Part shown: piece by piece, positions 37,313-47,300 of the stretch
How the letters are laid out: every line of letters begins with the position of its first letter
Position numbering within the stretch: the stretch's first letter is position 1
Source: Rhodothermales bacterium
Lineage (GTDB): Bacteria; Bacteroidota; Rhodothermia; Rhodothermales; UBA10348
Length of the DNA: 64,000 nucleotides
Assembly (NCBI GenBank): GCA_017643395.1
Contig: JAEPNP010000001.1
Span: forward strand, 1,739,806-1,803,805
Direction of reading: 5' to 3'
Made by a program: the position numbers and the translations under genes
Notes under the pieces: generated by a model
Told to the model about the DNA's origin: nothing
Databases searched by the model: none
What the model saw: the letters and a program-made list of their open reading frames with translations, nothing else

Positions 37313-39439
37313 ATGAGCTCCCGTCTCATTGCACTTTGCTTCTGCTTCCTTGTAACCCTTCCACTCCAAGCCGACCCCACCCTGCGGGTTCTGAATCCTA
37401 CCCGCGCCTGGCAAAATTACCAGGGCACTATTGAAGAGGCGCTGGTCTCCATGAGACCACGAGGCGCCTACATGGAGGTCGGTCTCTACCTCACATTCTC
37501 CGCCCGCTCATCCGGGCTGCCCGCCAACACCCAACTCGAAGTCGAGTACAAGTTCAGCCTGCCCGAAGGCTCGATCGTGACCGACTCCTGGTTGTGGGTA
37601 GGTGACGACATCATGCAGGCGCTGATCATCGATCAGTGGACCGCCGCCTCCATCTACGAGGGCATTGTCAACCGAAGGCGGGACCCCTCCATCCTGTACA
37701 AACGAGGACCGGACAACTACGAACTGAGGGTGTACCCCCTCCTTCTCAACGACACCAGAAAGGTCAAGCTGACGTATCTGGTGCCCATCGATGTCGTCGA
37801 TACCCAGGCATCGGTCCCCCTTCCACTGGAGTTACTGGAGGACTCGAGGCATCCGGTCAAGAATCTCGATGTCCTGGCCTGGAGTTATGACGAGACCGCA
37901 TCGCCCGGCATCCTGGAAGGCGCAGGCCCGGGATTTGAACTGAAGAATGATCCGCGGCTGGGATTCCATTACCGTCAGACCCTGAACCTGACCGCGCTTC
38001 CGCACCGAGCACGGCTCAACCTGACTGTGCCCATTCCGTTTGACGACGGCCTCTATCTCAGCTCCTACCAGGGGAAGGAGAACAACTACTACCAGCTGAT
38101 TCTTCAGCCTTCCAGCGTGCTGGGTGCGACCACCTCACGCAAGGTCGCGGTCCTGATCGACAACGATGCCGGCAATGCGTCGATTGACCGCGCCCAATTG
38201 ATGCAGCAGGTGCGGGCCTCGCTGAAGGCCACGCTGAGTCATACCGACTTCTTCAACCTGTTCGTGTCGCAGCTGGATGTCAAGCAGTACGCGGCGGGGT
38301 GGCTTCCCGCGGACGATGCCACCATCGATGACGCGTTCGACGAGATCGGCGTCCCGGCCACCTACAGCAGCCTTCCGGCATTGCTCAAGCGGGGCTTCGA
38401 GTTCATCCAGCGGCAGGGAAATGAAGGCACCGTGCTCCTCATCTCGGCTTCCGATCAGTTTGGCACCAACCAGGTGGCCAACCAGCTGCTTCGTGACCTG
38501 GGCGCCAATTCCTTTGGCGGCAACGTGCAGGTCATCGACTACCAGGACCGCAGCGTGGACCAGTTTCGCATCAACGGTGTCTGGTATCGCGGAAACGGCT
38601 ATCTGTACACGAATCTCTCCCGTGCGACTGGCGGGTCCTATGTAACCCTGAGTGACGGATCGAGTCTGACCGCAGTCCTGCCGCAGGCGATCAGGGCCAA
38701 CGGTCGCACGCTGACGGCGGTGGATCTCTACACCAGTCTATCGTCGGGATTTACCTACGGCCGCACCACGTCCCTGTCCTCCGACGGTCTGCATTCTGCC
38801 AGCGAGCCCATCGTACAGATAGGCAAGTACGTGGGCGCACCACCCTTTTCGATCACCTTCTCCGGGATCAACCGGCAGGACGCGTTTTCTGTCACCCGTG
38901 ATGTGGCGGCAGACGCTGTGGTTCAGGCGGACAGCAGCTCCGAGAAGGCGTGGGTGGGCAACTACATCAGGGAGCTGGAGCGTTTGCCGGAAAGCAATCC
39001 GCTGATCAATGAGATCCTGAATCTGTCCCTGGAGCATCGGGTGTTGAGCCAGTACAGCGCCTTCCTGGCGCTGGAGCCGAGCGATACCACACGTGCCTGC
39101 ACGAGCTGTGTGGACGAGTCGGCGGCTACGAATGTCGACGACGATCCGGAATTGCCGCAGGCGGACAGCCTGCTCCAGGTATACCCGAATCCCTTTTCCT
39201 CGGTGACGAACATCGAGGTCTCCATCCCGGCGTCCTTGGCGGGCGATGCGGTCTCGCTGACCGTATTCGACGTGCTGGGCCGGGCCGTGCGCCAACTTCC
39301 ACTGCGCCGCTCGGGGGGGCGCCATACGCTGCAGTGGGACGGCTCGGGCGACGATGGGCGGCGCCTTGCCGCGGGCGTGTACATGGTGGTGTTGTCAACA
39401 CCCCATGGTACACGCTCGCTCAAGGCGGTGCTTTACTGA
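37313..39439 (+). CDS. secreted VIT-like / vWA-like protein with T9SS C-terminal sorting domain
   Basis: ATG 37313 gives the signal MSSRLIALCFCFLVTLPLQA. The N-terminal region (EVEYKFSLPEGSIVTDSWLWVGDDIM...YELRVYPLL..KVKLTYLVP) resembles a VIT domain. The middle (KVAVLIDNDAGNAS...) is weakly vWA-like. The C-terminus LLQVYPNPFSSVTNIEVSIP...GVYMVVLSTPHG is a T9SS CTD. Confidence 0.7.
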   Translation: MSSRLIALCFCFLVTLPLQADPTLRVLNPTRAWQNYQGTIEEALVSMRPRGAYMEVGLYLTFSARSSGLPANTQLEVEYKFSLPEGSIVTDSWLWVGDDIMQALIIDQWTAASIYEGIVNRRRDPSILYKRGPDNYELRVYPLLLNDTRKVKLTYLVPIDVVDTQASVPLPLELLEDSRHPVKNLDVLAWSYDETASPGILEGAGPGFELKNDPRLGFHYRQTLNLTALPHRARLNLTVPIPFDDGLYLSSYQGKENNYYQLILQPSSVLGATTSRKVAVLIDNDAGNASIDRAQLMQQVRASLKATLSHTDFFNLFVSQLDVKQYAAGWLPADDATIDDAFDEIGVPATYSSLPALLKRGFEFIQRQGNEGTVLLISASDQFGTNQVANQLLRDLGANSFGGNVQVIDYQDRSVDQFRINGVWYRGNGYLYTNLSRATGGSYVTLSDGSSLTAVLPQAIRANGRTLTAVDLYTSLSSGFTYGRTTSLSSDGLHSASEPIVQIGKYVGAPPFSITFSGINRQDAFSVTRDVAADAVVQADSSSEKAWVGNYIRELERLPESNPLINEILNLSLEHRVLSQYSAFLALEPSDTTRACTSCVDESAATNVDDDPELPQADSLLQVYPNPFSSVTNIEVSIPASLAGDAVSLTVFDVLGRAVRQLPLRRSGGRHTLQWDGSGDDGRRLAAGVYMVVLSTPHGTRSLKAVLY

Positions 39440-39463
39440 CCCCTCCGGCGTGCGCACATGCAG

Positions 39464-39501
39464 AAACGCCCCGCTCGGACCTGTCCGAGCGGGGCGTTTT
39501 T
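39464..39501. terminator. strong hairpin terminator between convergent genes (bidirectional candidate)
   Basis: 16-bp stem AAACGCCCCGCTCGGA / TCCGAGCGGGGCGTTT with loop CCTG and a T-run on the + strand. It lies between the stops at 39439 (+) and 39521 (-). Confidence 0.8.
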
Positions 39502-39520
39502 GTAAGCTTCCGGGCGAGAA

Positions 39521-41467
39521 TCAGTTGGAGTAAGTGACCACCAGCAGGGGTGCCTTGGAGCTGCTTCCGTTGTAGGACTCGGCGGTCCGTTCGCCTTTGC
39601 CACTGATCATGAACGCCATGTCGTTCCCGGCATTCCAGCCGGAGCGGTTCACGATCTCCTGCACGACGGCTGCGATGTTTGGCGTGCGCTGGTCCATGCC
39701 TGCTGCGCCGACACTCGTCCAGGCCGGGAAGCTCCATGTGACGTGGGATGCGGTCTGTGCTCGATTGCTGATGTCGTAGTCAGAGGATCCGTAGGAGGAC
39801 GCATCGTCCGTGTTTTCGCCGGCCAGTCGGAGATGGTTGTCTCCGCTGTTCTTCTCGTCCACCGTGAACTGCACGTAGGCCTCGGTGATCGTGGCGCCCT
39901 TCGGGATGTCCAGTCCGCGGAAGCGGATTCCCACAATCTGGTCCTTGCTGCCGTCGAATGACAGCTCGAGGTCGGAGCTGCTACGGTACATGTCCCCGTT
40001 GGAGACGCGCTCCTCGGCGTCATCGTTCTTGTCTGAGATGCGTACGGAGATCGTATGGGTTTGAGCTGCCCGCGTGCCCAGATCCGTGCCTGCGATCGTT
40101 TGTGCGCCGGGGGCAGGGCCTTCGCCGACCCAGAGCGAATTGTTGAGGGTCCCCTTTGGAACACCGACGTGGATGCGTCCGGACTTGCTGTGCAGCCACC
40201 GGAGAACCTCTTTCGATGACGCCTGCGGGTGATCATGGAGATACAGGGCGACTGCTCCGGTCACGTGAGCGGCCGACATCGAGGTCCCGGTAAGTGTCGC
40301 GGTCTGGTGGGCAATCGGCGAAAGGGAGACCACCTCGTCACCCGGGGCCAGGATATCGATGACTTTGCCGTGGTTGGAGAACCACGAGAACGCGCCCAGC
40401 ATATCGTGCGAGCCGACTGTAATGGCCGACTTGGCCTTGGCGGGGGTGACCTTGGAGGCATCCACGCCCTGGTTTCCGGCGGCCACCACGAAGATGACTC
40501 CCAACTTGGCGGCGCGATCGATGGCAATGTCGAGTGCGGTGTCCTCGGTGGTGCCGACGACCTCCCCCAGCGACATGTTCACAACCATCGGCGTGTTCGG
40601 CTGGGCGGCTTTGCGTTTGGCAATCTCCTCGACTGCAGCGACCACGACGGAGACGTCGGTAGTGCCCTCATCATTGAGGACCTTGAGATTGTGAATCCGC
40701 GAACCCGGGGCGATGCCCACCAGGCCGTCGGAATCGTCGATAGCACCGATGATCCCGGCGATGTGGGTGCCGTGACCATCATAGTCGGCCGGGTCGTCCA
40801 TTCCCGGACGGAAATCGATCGACTCGACAAGTGCCAGGTCGTCATCCGGATCCGAACTGTTGGCTTTCGCGACGCCTGTGTCGAGCACGAACACATCGAC
40901 CGGAACGGAGCCCGATCCGTTGCCGGACTGGGTGGAGCTGGTTGCCCCGCCTACCATGGCCACACTCCATGGCAGATGCTGCGAGGTTGCCGTCGAGCTG
41001 CCACTGCTGACGGGAAACTTCATGCCGAAGTCCGGCTCGAACCAGGAGATTTCCGGGTCGTCCGCCATGGTCCGGAGCAGCTCGATAAAGTCGCTCTGTC
41101 CATTCTTCAGCCTTGCGGTGACCGCGTACCCGTCGAAGACTTCTTCGTATTCGAACCGCTCAAGGATCTCGAAGCGTTCGAGCAGCCGGTACCGCTCCAC
41201 CACGCGGAACCGCTCGACAATTCCGTAGCGCTCCACCAGCTCCTGCGCATTGATCGCGAAGATGAGGTTGAGCTCCTCGCCGTCCTTGCCTGCGGTCTCT
41301 CCGCGGGCTTTTTCAAGGAGGTGAGCGTGCCTGAACTTGTCAGGGTCCAGTTCCTGGACTTCACGCGGCGTCTCTGGGCGCTCCTCGACGGCGCTGCCGG
41401 TAAAGCTTTCGGAGCAGCCGCCAGCCAGGACTGCGAAGCCGAGAAACAGGAAAAATCTGCGATACAT
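39521..41467 (-). CDS. S8-family (subtilisin-like) serine peptidase, lipoprotein, with C-terminal extra domain
   Basis: ATG 41467 gives MYRRFFLFLGFAVLAGGC. The catalytic triad context is VFVLDTGV (Asp), HGTHIAGIIGA (His) and GTSMSAAHVTGAVAL (Ser). The pro-region holds a hexapeptide ERF/ERY repeat. Confidence 0.9.
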   Translation of the reverse strand: MYRRFFLFLGFAVLAGGCSESFTGSAVEERPETPREVQELDPDKFRHAHLLEKARGETAGKDGEELNLIFAINAQELVERYGIVERFRVVERYRLLERFEILERFEYEEVFDGYAVTARLKNGQSDFIELLRTMADDPEISWFEPDFGMKFPVSSGSSTATSQHLPWSVAMVGGATSSTQSGNGSGSVPVDVFVLDTGVAKANSSDPDDDLALVESIDFRPGMDDPADYDGHGTHIAGIIGAIDDSDGLVGIAPGSRIHNLKVLNDEGTTDVSVVVAAVEEIAKRKAAQPNTPMVVNMSLGEVVGTTEDTALDIAIDRAAKLGVIFVVAAGNQGVDASKVTPAKAKSAITVGSHDMLGAFSWFSNHGKVIDILAPGDEVVSLSPIAHQTATLTGTSMSAAHVTGAVALYLHDHPQASSKEVLRWLHSKSGRIHVGVPKGTLNNSLWVGEGPAPGAQTIAGTDLGTRAAQTHTISVRISDKNDDAEERVSNGDMYRSSSDLELSFDGSKDQIVGIRFRGLDIPKGATITEAYVQFTVDEKNSGDNHLRLAGENTDDASSYGSSDYDISNRAQTASHVTWSFPAWTSVGAAGMDQRTPNIAAVVQEIVNRSGWNAGNDMAFMISGKGERTAESYNGSSSKAPLLVVTYSN

Positions 41468-41574
41468 GGAGTAGGGAGGATTGAGAGTGTGGCGCAGGGA
41501 CAAGCATCCCCACGGTCCCCGTATCGGCAGTTGGCGTGCGGACTTAAGCCCGAAGCAGAGAAAGTTGGCGCTTT

Positions 41575-41740
41575 TGGGTGGCGGGGTTGTTCGGGGCGGC
41601 GCGGCGGCTGTTGGGGGTGCGAGGGGGGCTGCGGGGGGCTGCGGTTGGCGCGGTTGTGGGCGCGTCGGTTGGCGCGGGGACGGCCCTTGGTCGGCCGGGA
41701 CGGCCGGGCCCCCGTGGCGGGGTTGCGGTCGGGCGTAATG
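41575..41740. repeat. G-rich low-complexity tract (reverse-complement counterpart of the C-rich tract at 10066-10205)
   Basis: GGTGGCGGGGTTGTTCGGGGCGGCGCGGCGGCTGTTGGGGGTGCGAGGGGGGCTGCGGGGGGCTGCGG... has many runs of three or more G on the + strand, directly adjoining inverted copies of the hairpin-module element. Confidence 0.7.
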
Positions 41741-41742
41741 GT

Positions 41743-41930
41743 GCGGATGTGGAATCGCGGCCCCCGATTACACTTACGGCTCCCGCCGCGGGGCGCCCGA
41801 GTGGAATAGGGCCCCGCAGTCGACTTCGGTCCGGGGCCGCGGGGCCTCTACGTGGAAAGCGGCCCCGCTATTTCACTTCGGCCGCTGCTGCGGCGGCCGC
41901 TCCGGTTGGCGCAGGCGCCCAAGATGCCGG
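41743..41930 (-). repeat. dispersed hairpin-module element, copy C (inverted relative to copies A/B)
   Basis: GCGGATGTGGAATCGCGGCCCCCGATTACACTTACGG...GTGGAATAGGGCCCCGCAGTCGAC...GTGGAAAGCGGCCCCGCTATTTCAC. The reverse complements of copies A/B share the ...GGCCCCTATTACA... and GTGGAAA..GGCCCC..TTCCAC modules. Confidence 0.8.
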
Positions 41931-42020
41931 AGGGCGCGGGCGCGACGGTTGGCGCACCACGGCGCGAGTCGGCCAGGACGGCTGGCCCCCGTAGCATGGC
42001 CGGCCCCCGGGCCTGATGAC

Positions 42021-42209
42021 GCGGATGTGGAATCGCGGCCCCCGATTACACTTACGGGTCCCACCGCGGCGCGCCCGAGTGGAATGGGGCCCCGCAGTCG
42101 ACTTCGGTCCGGGGCCGCGGGGCCTCTACGTGGAAAGCGGCCCCGCTATTCCACTTCGGCCGCTGCGGCGGCGGCCGCTTCGGTTGGCGCAAGCGCCCAA
42201 GAGGCCCGG
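42021..42209 (-). repeat. dispersed hairpin-module element, copy D (near-identical direct duplicate of copy C, offset 278 bp)
   Basis: 42021-42209 aligns base-for-base with 41743-41930, with only a handful of substitutions and one indel by eye. Confidence 0.85.
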
Positions 42210-42219
42210 GACGGCATGT

Positions 42220-42345
42220 GGGCGATGCGGTCCGCGTGCGACGTGCGCTTCAGATGCCGGGAAGGGCGCGGGCGATGCGGTCCGCGTGCGACGCGCGCTT
42301 CAGTGGCCGGAGTGCGCGGGCGATGCGGTCCGCGTGCGCGACAGC
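42220..42345. repeat. tandem repeat, 48-50-bp unit, about 2.6 copies
   Basis: GGGCGATGCGGTCCGCGTGCGACG(T/C)GCGCTTCAG(A)TG(G)CCGG.. units start at 42220, 42270 and 42318. Confidence 0.8.
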
Positions 42346-42389
42346 GCCTCAGCCCAGGCGCCGGCAGCCAAGGCGAGCCTGCGCAGGCC

Positions 42390-45056
42390 TCAGCGACTCA
42401 GCCAGTAGTTCAGCTTGACGATGAACGTGTTTTGCATGTCCTCATCCAGGATGCCGGACAGCTGATCGAAGAAGCTGAACTCCGGATTCGGTGAAAAGCC
42501 GCTGCGTCCGTGATTCCAGACAAGGAAAAGCGTCGAGCCGGGGATGTACTCCCATCGGAAGACCAGATTGCTCCGCAGGGAGCGGACTCGGAAGTCGGGA
42601 TTGGCGAAGTGCCAGGGCGCAACGGGACCCGGGCCGTCGGGGTCCGCCACGAGGCGTCGACCGTCGTCCCGGGATTCAATGGTTGAGCCGGCCGACGCGC
42701 CGTATATCAGGAAGTCGTAAGAGCCCGGAGCCGTTAGCTCCTTGAACTCCTGGTAGTCCCCGGTCGAGATAAACGGCTGCGCGTACCACTGGACCGACAT
42801 GTCTGGCGATAGCGCCACATCCATGCGGATGGTGGCGCTCACCTGATGCTGGTGCAGCTCCGCGTAGAGGTAGCGCGCGCCAAACGTACCCGTGGCGAAG
42901 GGATCCGGCCGGGCGGTAACGTATTGCCCGATGGTGCGGACGCGCCTGAAGTTCGGGAACAGCGACACGTTGATGTTGGAAGCTGCACGCCAGGTAAGGC
43001 CGCCACCTGAGAACAAACCCCACCCATCAAAGCGGTTTCGCGCGTAGGTGGTCCACAGATGTCCCGAAAGCCGCTTGCGCCCATCGCTGAATCCCACAAC
43101 GTTCAGGCTCCAATTGGCCGGTAGCAAGGTGTTGGGACCTCCACGTGTACCGGCCGGATTCAGGTTGTCGCTTCGGAGGTTGAAGCTGGCGTTGCTGCCC
43201 CAGTAGTTCAGGAATTGCCCGTTCAACCCCAGAAAGGCGCCGCGACCGGTTCGTGTGCCGCCGTAGTTCTGCGAGCGGAAGCCGGTGGCATTGATGCGAA
43301 AGGTGCGGAAGACCTTGCCGGGCTCCAGCCAGCGCCGCGTGACGCGGAAGCCGGTGAAGATCTCGTCCACCCCCGTGAGAAACCCAGCGTCGTTGATTTC
43401 GAAGCCGGGGGAGTACGCGTAGAAGTCGGCGCCCACCAGCCAGTCTCCCGAAACCTTGTCTATCTGGAACGATGTGGCATAGCCGGTGAGACTCGTGGCG
43501 GCGGTGTCCACAGATACGTAGTCCTGGTCCGGGCGCTGGAAGTAGCGCGCAGACGAGCGCTGCAGGCGCGTGATGGCGTCGGGTTCGCCCCGGACAGCGG
43601 AGCCGGAAAAGGTGCCGTTCACCACAAAGCGGTTGTCCCCGAATCGGTGAAAGAAGTCGATGCCGCCGGAGTAGGCACTCGACGGCAGAAAGGACAGAGC
43701 CGGATCCGCGATGTCGCGATTGACTGCCGTCCCGAGAATGCCGATCGAGGAGGACCCTTCCCGGAAGTCGCGGCGGAGACTTGCCACGGCATAGTTGGAT
43801 CGTGGCTCCACCACCGCTTCGGTGCGCGTTCCGTCGGCGCGCTGAATGGGGGCGACTTCGCGTCCGGTTACGGCTTCCAGCAGACCAATGGACCAACCGC
43901 CAGTCTGTCCGGACAGTTTTGTCGCCGCCAGGATCGAGGTGTTGATGGGGTTGTCGACAAAGCCGCCTGGTTCGAACACAGGTCGGGAGGGCGCGCGACC
44001 CACGCGTCTGGAGTAGAACAGCTGAGGCGCGCCGAAGATGAAGCCGCCGCTTCCGGCACCGAACTGAAAGAGGTTGGCTCCTTCAACAAAGAATGGGCGA
44101 CGTTCCTCAAAAAAGGTCTCGAACACGGTCAGGTTGACTTCGGCCGGGTCGGCTTCCACCTGGCCGAAATCCGGGTTCACCGTTGCGTTCAACGTGAGGT
44201 CAGACGTGACACCAAGATTGACGTCGAGGCCGGCCGTGACTGATTGCAGGCTGCCGTCGTTAAACGGGTTATTCGGATTCGCCGTTTGGTCGTGGTCGGT
44301 CTTGGCGACGGTGTAGGGGAGGACTTCCAGGCGTCGAGGCGATTGGATGCCCCGCAGGCCGTCCAGATGGCCAAAGTGGGAGGCAAAGCCCTGTTCTTCA
44401 TTCTCCCACCAGCTCCATGCCGCCCACTCGCTCTTGCGGAAGATCCGGCGGGTGAAGTTGATGCCCCAGGTCTGCTCGTCCGCCCCGGAGAATCGAAGCT
44501 GCGAAAACGGGATGCGCATCTCCACCACCCAACCCTGTTGGTCGATGGAGGTCGCCGCCTCCCAGACGGGATCCCAGGAAAAGTCTTCGTTGTCGGAGTC
44601 GTTCGTGGCTATGTAGTCCGCTCGCACGCCAGATGGGTTGACCGAGAACCTGAACGCCGTCCGGTGGTCGTGGTACGAGTCGATCGAGACGATGAAGCGA
44701 TCACTGGCTTCTTCGTTGTCGCGGCGCGCGAGGCGACCCGCGATCCCATCCGGGTCCGAGTCAAGGAGGCGCGCACCCACGTAGAGTGCCTGGTCGTCGT
44801 AGGCCACGCGCACTTCGGTTCGTTCGCTGGCCGGATCTCCATCGACCGGAAAATCCTGTCGGAAACCCGTCGCGACCGGGGCAGACGCCCAGACCGCATC
44901 GTCCAGCCGGCCGTCCACGCGGGGAGCACCCTGGGCGGCACGGACGGCGGAGATTCGGGGAGGCTCATCGTCGAGCACACCCTGCGCCATCTGGGCCCTG
45001 GCGGGCGAGGCCATCAGCAGCAGCGAAAGGGCCGGCAGGACTCTGGAGCGCAGCAT
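42390..45056 (-). CDS. DUF5916 / CBM9-like domain outer-membrane-associated protein
   Basis: ATG 45056 gives the signal MLRSRVLPALSLLLMASPARAQ. The N-terminal RVDGRLDDAVWASAPVATGFRQDFPVDG...VRVAYDDQALYVGARL is the CBM9-like head. The long C-terminal region is beta-rich. The partial gene at 63429 is a paralog. Confidence 0.8.
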   Translation of the reverse strand: MLRSRVLPALSLLLMASPARAQMAQGVLDDEPPRISAVRAAQGAPRVDGRLDDAVWASAPVATGFRQDFPVDGDPASERTEVRVAYDDQALYVGARLLDSDPDGIAGRLARRDNEEASDRFIVSIDSYHDHRTAFRFSVNPSGVRADYIATNDSDNEDFSWDPVWEAATSIDQQGWVVEMRIPFSQLRFSGADEQTWGINFTRRIFRKSEWAAWSWWENEEQGFASHFGHLDGLRGIQSPRRLEVLPYTVAKTDHDQTANPNNPFNDGSLQSVTAGLDVNLGVTSDLTLNATVNPDFGQVEADPAEVNLTVFETFFEERRPFFVEGANLFQFGAGSGGFIFGAPQLFYSRRVGRAPSRPVFEPGGFVDNPINTSILAATKLSGQTGGWSIGLLEAVTGREVAPIQRADGTRTEAVVEPRSNYAVASLRRDFREGSSSIGILGTAVNRDIADPALSFLPSSAYSGGIDFFHRFGDNRFVVNGTFSGSAVRGEPDAITRLQRSSARYFQRPDQDYVSVDTAATSLTGYATSFQIDKVSGDWLVGADFYAYSPGFEINDAGFLTGVDEIFTGFRVTRRWLEPGKVFRTFRINATGFRSQNYGGTRTGRGAFLGLNGQFLNYWGSNASFNLRSDNLNPAGTRGGPNTLLPANWSLNVVGFSDGRKRLSGHLWTTYARNRFDGWGLFSGGGLTWRAASNINVSLFPNFRRVRTIGQYVTARPDPFATGTFGARYLYAELHQHQVSATIRMDVALSPDMSVQWYAQPFISTGDYQEFKELTAPGSYDFLIYGASAGSTIESRDDGRRLVADPDGPGPVAPWHFANPDFRVRSLRSNLVFRWEYIPGSTLFLVWNHGRSGFSPNPEFSFFDQLSGILDEDMQNTFIVKLNYWLSR

Positions 45057-45252
45057 GGGTGAACCGATTGGGGAGGAAGCAAGGTGGCCGGGGAAGCCCA
45101 CATGCAAGAGACACAGGATCCCCGGATACGGTTGCCAATTCCCTACGGAGGGTCCCAGGAACGGGTGCGGGCAGTTTCCGGTGCCCTCGGCGGCACCTCC
45201 AACGCCTGCCCCGACGTGGCGGCCGGCTCCCGAGCCGCACGCGCCGAGCCCG

Positions 45253-47274
45253 TCAGTCCGTGGCCGGCTTCTCCTTCTCGGTCGCCTTCTTCTTCGGCAC
45301 CGCGAACGGCGTCCACTTCTCGCCCGTCACGTGCTCGTGGATCCAGCGGATCTCCTCGACATCACGCGTACGCTGGTGACGAGGCTCCCGGAAGCCGTGC
45401 GGCTCGCGAGGGAATCGGATGTACCGCACCGGCGCGTTGCCTGCATCCCGGATGGCTGCGAAGAACATCATGCTCTGCGGTTCGGTGTCGGTGGTGTCGT
45501 TCATGCCGTGCAGGATGAGCGTGGGCGTTCTCACCTTGTGCGCGTGCGTGAGCGGGGAGCGCTCTCTCCAGAACTCCGCATTCTCCCACGGATTGCCCCC
45601 CAGGTACCAACGGCTCACGTCAAAGTTGAAGCCGGGTCCGTACTCGGACGTCCAGTCGGACACCATGGCACCGACCGATGCGGCCTTGAAACGATGGGTC
45701 TGCGTGATGGTCCATCCGCCCAGAATGCCACCGTAGCTCCAGCCCCGCACAGCCAACCGCGAAGGATCCGCGAGTCCATCGCCAATCATCTTGTCCACGC
45801 CGGTCATCAGATCGTGGAAGTTGCCCCCGCCGATGTCGTTCATGTTGCCGCGCAGCAACTCGTCGTCGTACCCGCTGGAGCCGCGCACGTTGGGCATCAA
45901 CTGTACGTAACCGAGGCCGCCCCAGACGTGGTCGCGGTAGCTCCACCGGTTGGAAAACACTCCGGCGGGGCCTCCGTGGATGTGGAGAAGCAGGGGACCG
46001 GCGTCACCGGAATGAACCGGCGGAAGCAGGAGCCGTCCTTCGATTTCGGTGCCGTCCGTGGAGTTCCAGACGACGGTACTCGCGGTAGCCAGAAGCAGGC
46101 TGTCCCGTACGAGTGGATTCAGATCGGTGAGGCGGGTCGGAGCCAGCCGATCCGTCGGCGAGCTGTACAGGTCCGGAGGAGTCGATGTGCTCGAGAACCG
46201 GTAGACCATGTGACTGCGGTCCTTCGAGAATGCCATGACATCGAGAGAACCGGTGACGTCGCTTACCTGGGTGAGACTGCCGTCCGAAAGCTCCAGCCGG
46301 TACAGATTGCGGTTGGTGCGCTGCAGTCCGTTGAAGAGAATGGCCTGCCCATCGGGCGTGAAGACAAAAGCGCCGATGTTGCCGGTGAATGCACCACTGA
46401 CCATGGTCGTCTCACCGGACTCCATGTCCCGCAGGAAGATCTTTTCGTTCCTGAGATCGAATTCCGTCAGGTGAGCTGCCTGAAAGGCGACCTTGGATCC
46501 GTCCGGAGACCAGACAAACGGGCCTTCGGGGGATTCGTTGTCGGTCAGTTTGACCAGGGACGAATCGGCGAGGGTGTACAGGTACATCTCCGCCAGGTGC
46601 ACGTTGTTGCGCCAGTTCTCCTTGCGACCGGCAAAGATCAGGTGCTTGCCGTCCGGGCTCGGGGATAGCGAAGAAATGCGCAGCGAGTCCCCGGTGAGTT
46701 GCTTGAGCGAACCGTCCGCGGCAGACGCCTGCCAGACACTCTGCCAGCGTCCGGCTCGTTGCCCGTTGGCTCCTTCATCCACAAAAATGGCGTCATTGCC
46801 GTTCTCGTATTCCTTCTGCTCCTCGGCGGAGCGCGCCCAATTGGATACGAAATACAGGGACTTGCTGTCTGGGGACCATCGGTAGCTGCCCACTGATTCC
46901 TTGTGTTTGGTGAGCTGCCGCGCCTCGCCACCCACCGTGCGCAGGACGAAGAGCTGAGACTTCTTGTCCACCGTGCGTTTGAGGGCCAGCAGACTGCCGT
47001 CCGGCGAGTACCGAAGATCGCTTCCCCCGTCCTTGCCCAAATACGGGTACGCCGCGCCGGAATCTGCGGGGATGTGGTGCCAGGTCGTGTTGCGCTTGTT
47101 CTTGTCCCAGTCGAGTTCGGACACGCTGAACAGCACGCCTTCGCCGTCCGGGGTCATCAGTGCGCCGGAGAGGCCTTTCATGCGCAGGCCGTCGTCTGTG
47201 GTCATGGCGCGTTTCTGCGCAGCCGCCGGCAACGCTACGAGACAAACGAGAAGCAGGAGGTGGAAACGGAGCAT
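45253..47274 (-). CDS. S9-family serine peptidase (prolyl oligopeptidase/DPP-type) with N-terminal beta-propeller
   Basis: Signal MLRFHLLLLVCLVALPAAAQ. Repeated SPDG propeller motifs. Nucleophile elbow RGWSYGG. C-terminal ..LILHGMNDT.. and ..REPHGF.. Confidence 0.9.
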   Translation of the reverse strand: MLRFHLLLLVCLVALPAAAQKRAMTTDDGLRMKGLSGALMTPDGEGVLFSVSELDWDKNKRNTTWHHIPADSGAAYPYLGKDGGSDLRYSPDGSLLALKRTVDKKSQLFVLRTVGGEARQLTKHKESVGSYRWSPDSKSLYFVSNWARSAEEQKEYENGNDAIFVDEGANGQRAGRWQSVWQASAADGSLKQLTGDSLRISSLSPSPDGKHLIFAGRKENWRNNVHLAEMYLYTLADSSLVKLTDNESPEGPFVWSPDGSKVAFQAAHLTEFDLRNEKIFLRDMESGETTMVSGAFTGNIGAFVFTPDGQAILFNGLQRTNRNLYRLELSDGSLTQVSDVTGSLDVMAFSKDRSHMVYRFSSTSTPPDLYSSPTDRLAPTRLTDLNPLVRDSLLLATASTVVWNSTDGTEIEGRLLLPPVHSGDAGPLLLHIHGGPAGVFSNRWSYRDHVWGGLGYVQLMPNVRGSSGYDDELLRGNMNDIGGGNFHDLMTGVDKMIGDGLADPSRLAVRGWSYGGILGGWTITQTHRFKAASVGAMVSDWTSEYGPGFNFDVSRWYLGGNPWENAEFWRERSPLTHAHKVRTPTLILHGMNDTTDTEPQSMMFFAAIRDAGNAPVRYIRFPREPHGFREPRHQRTRDVEEIRWIHEHVTGEKWTPFAVPKKKATEKEKPATD

Positions 47275-47300
47275 GGTATCGGGAGGGAATGCCCCCGAAT

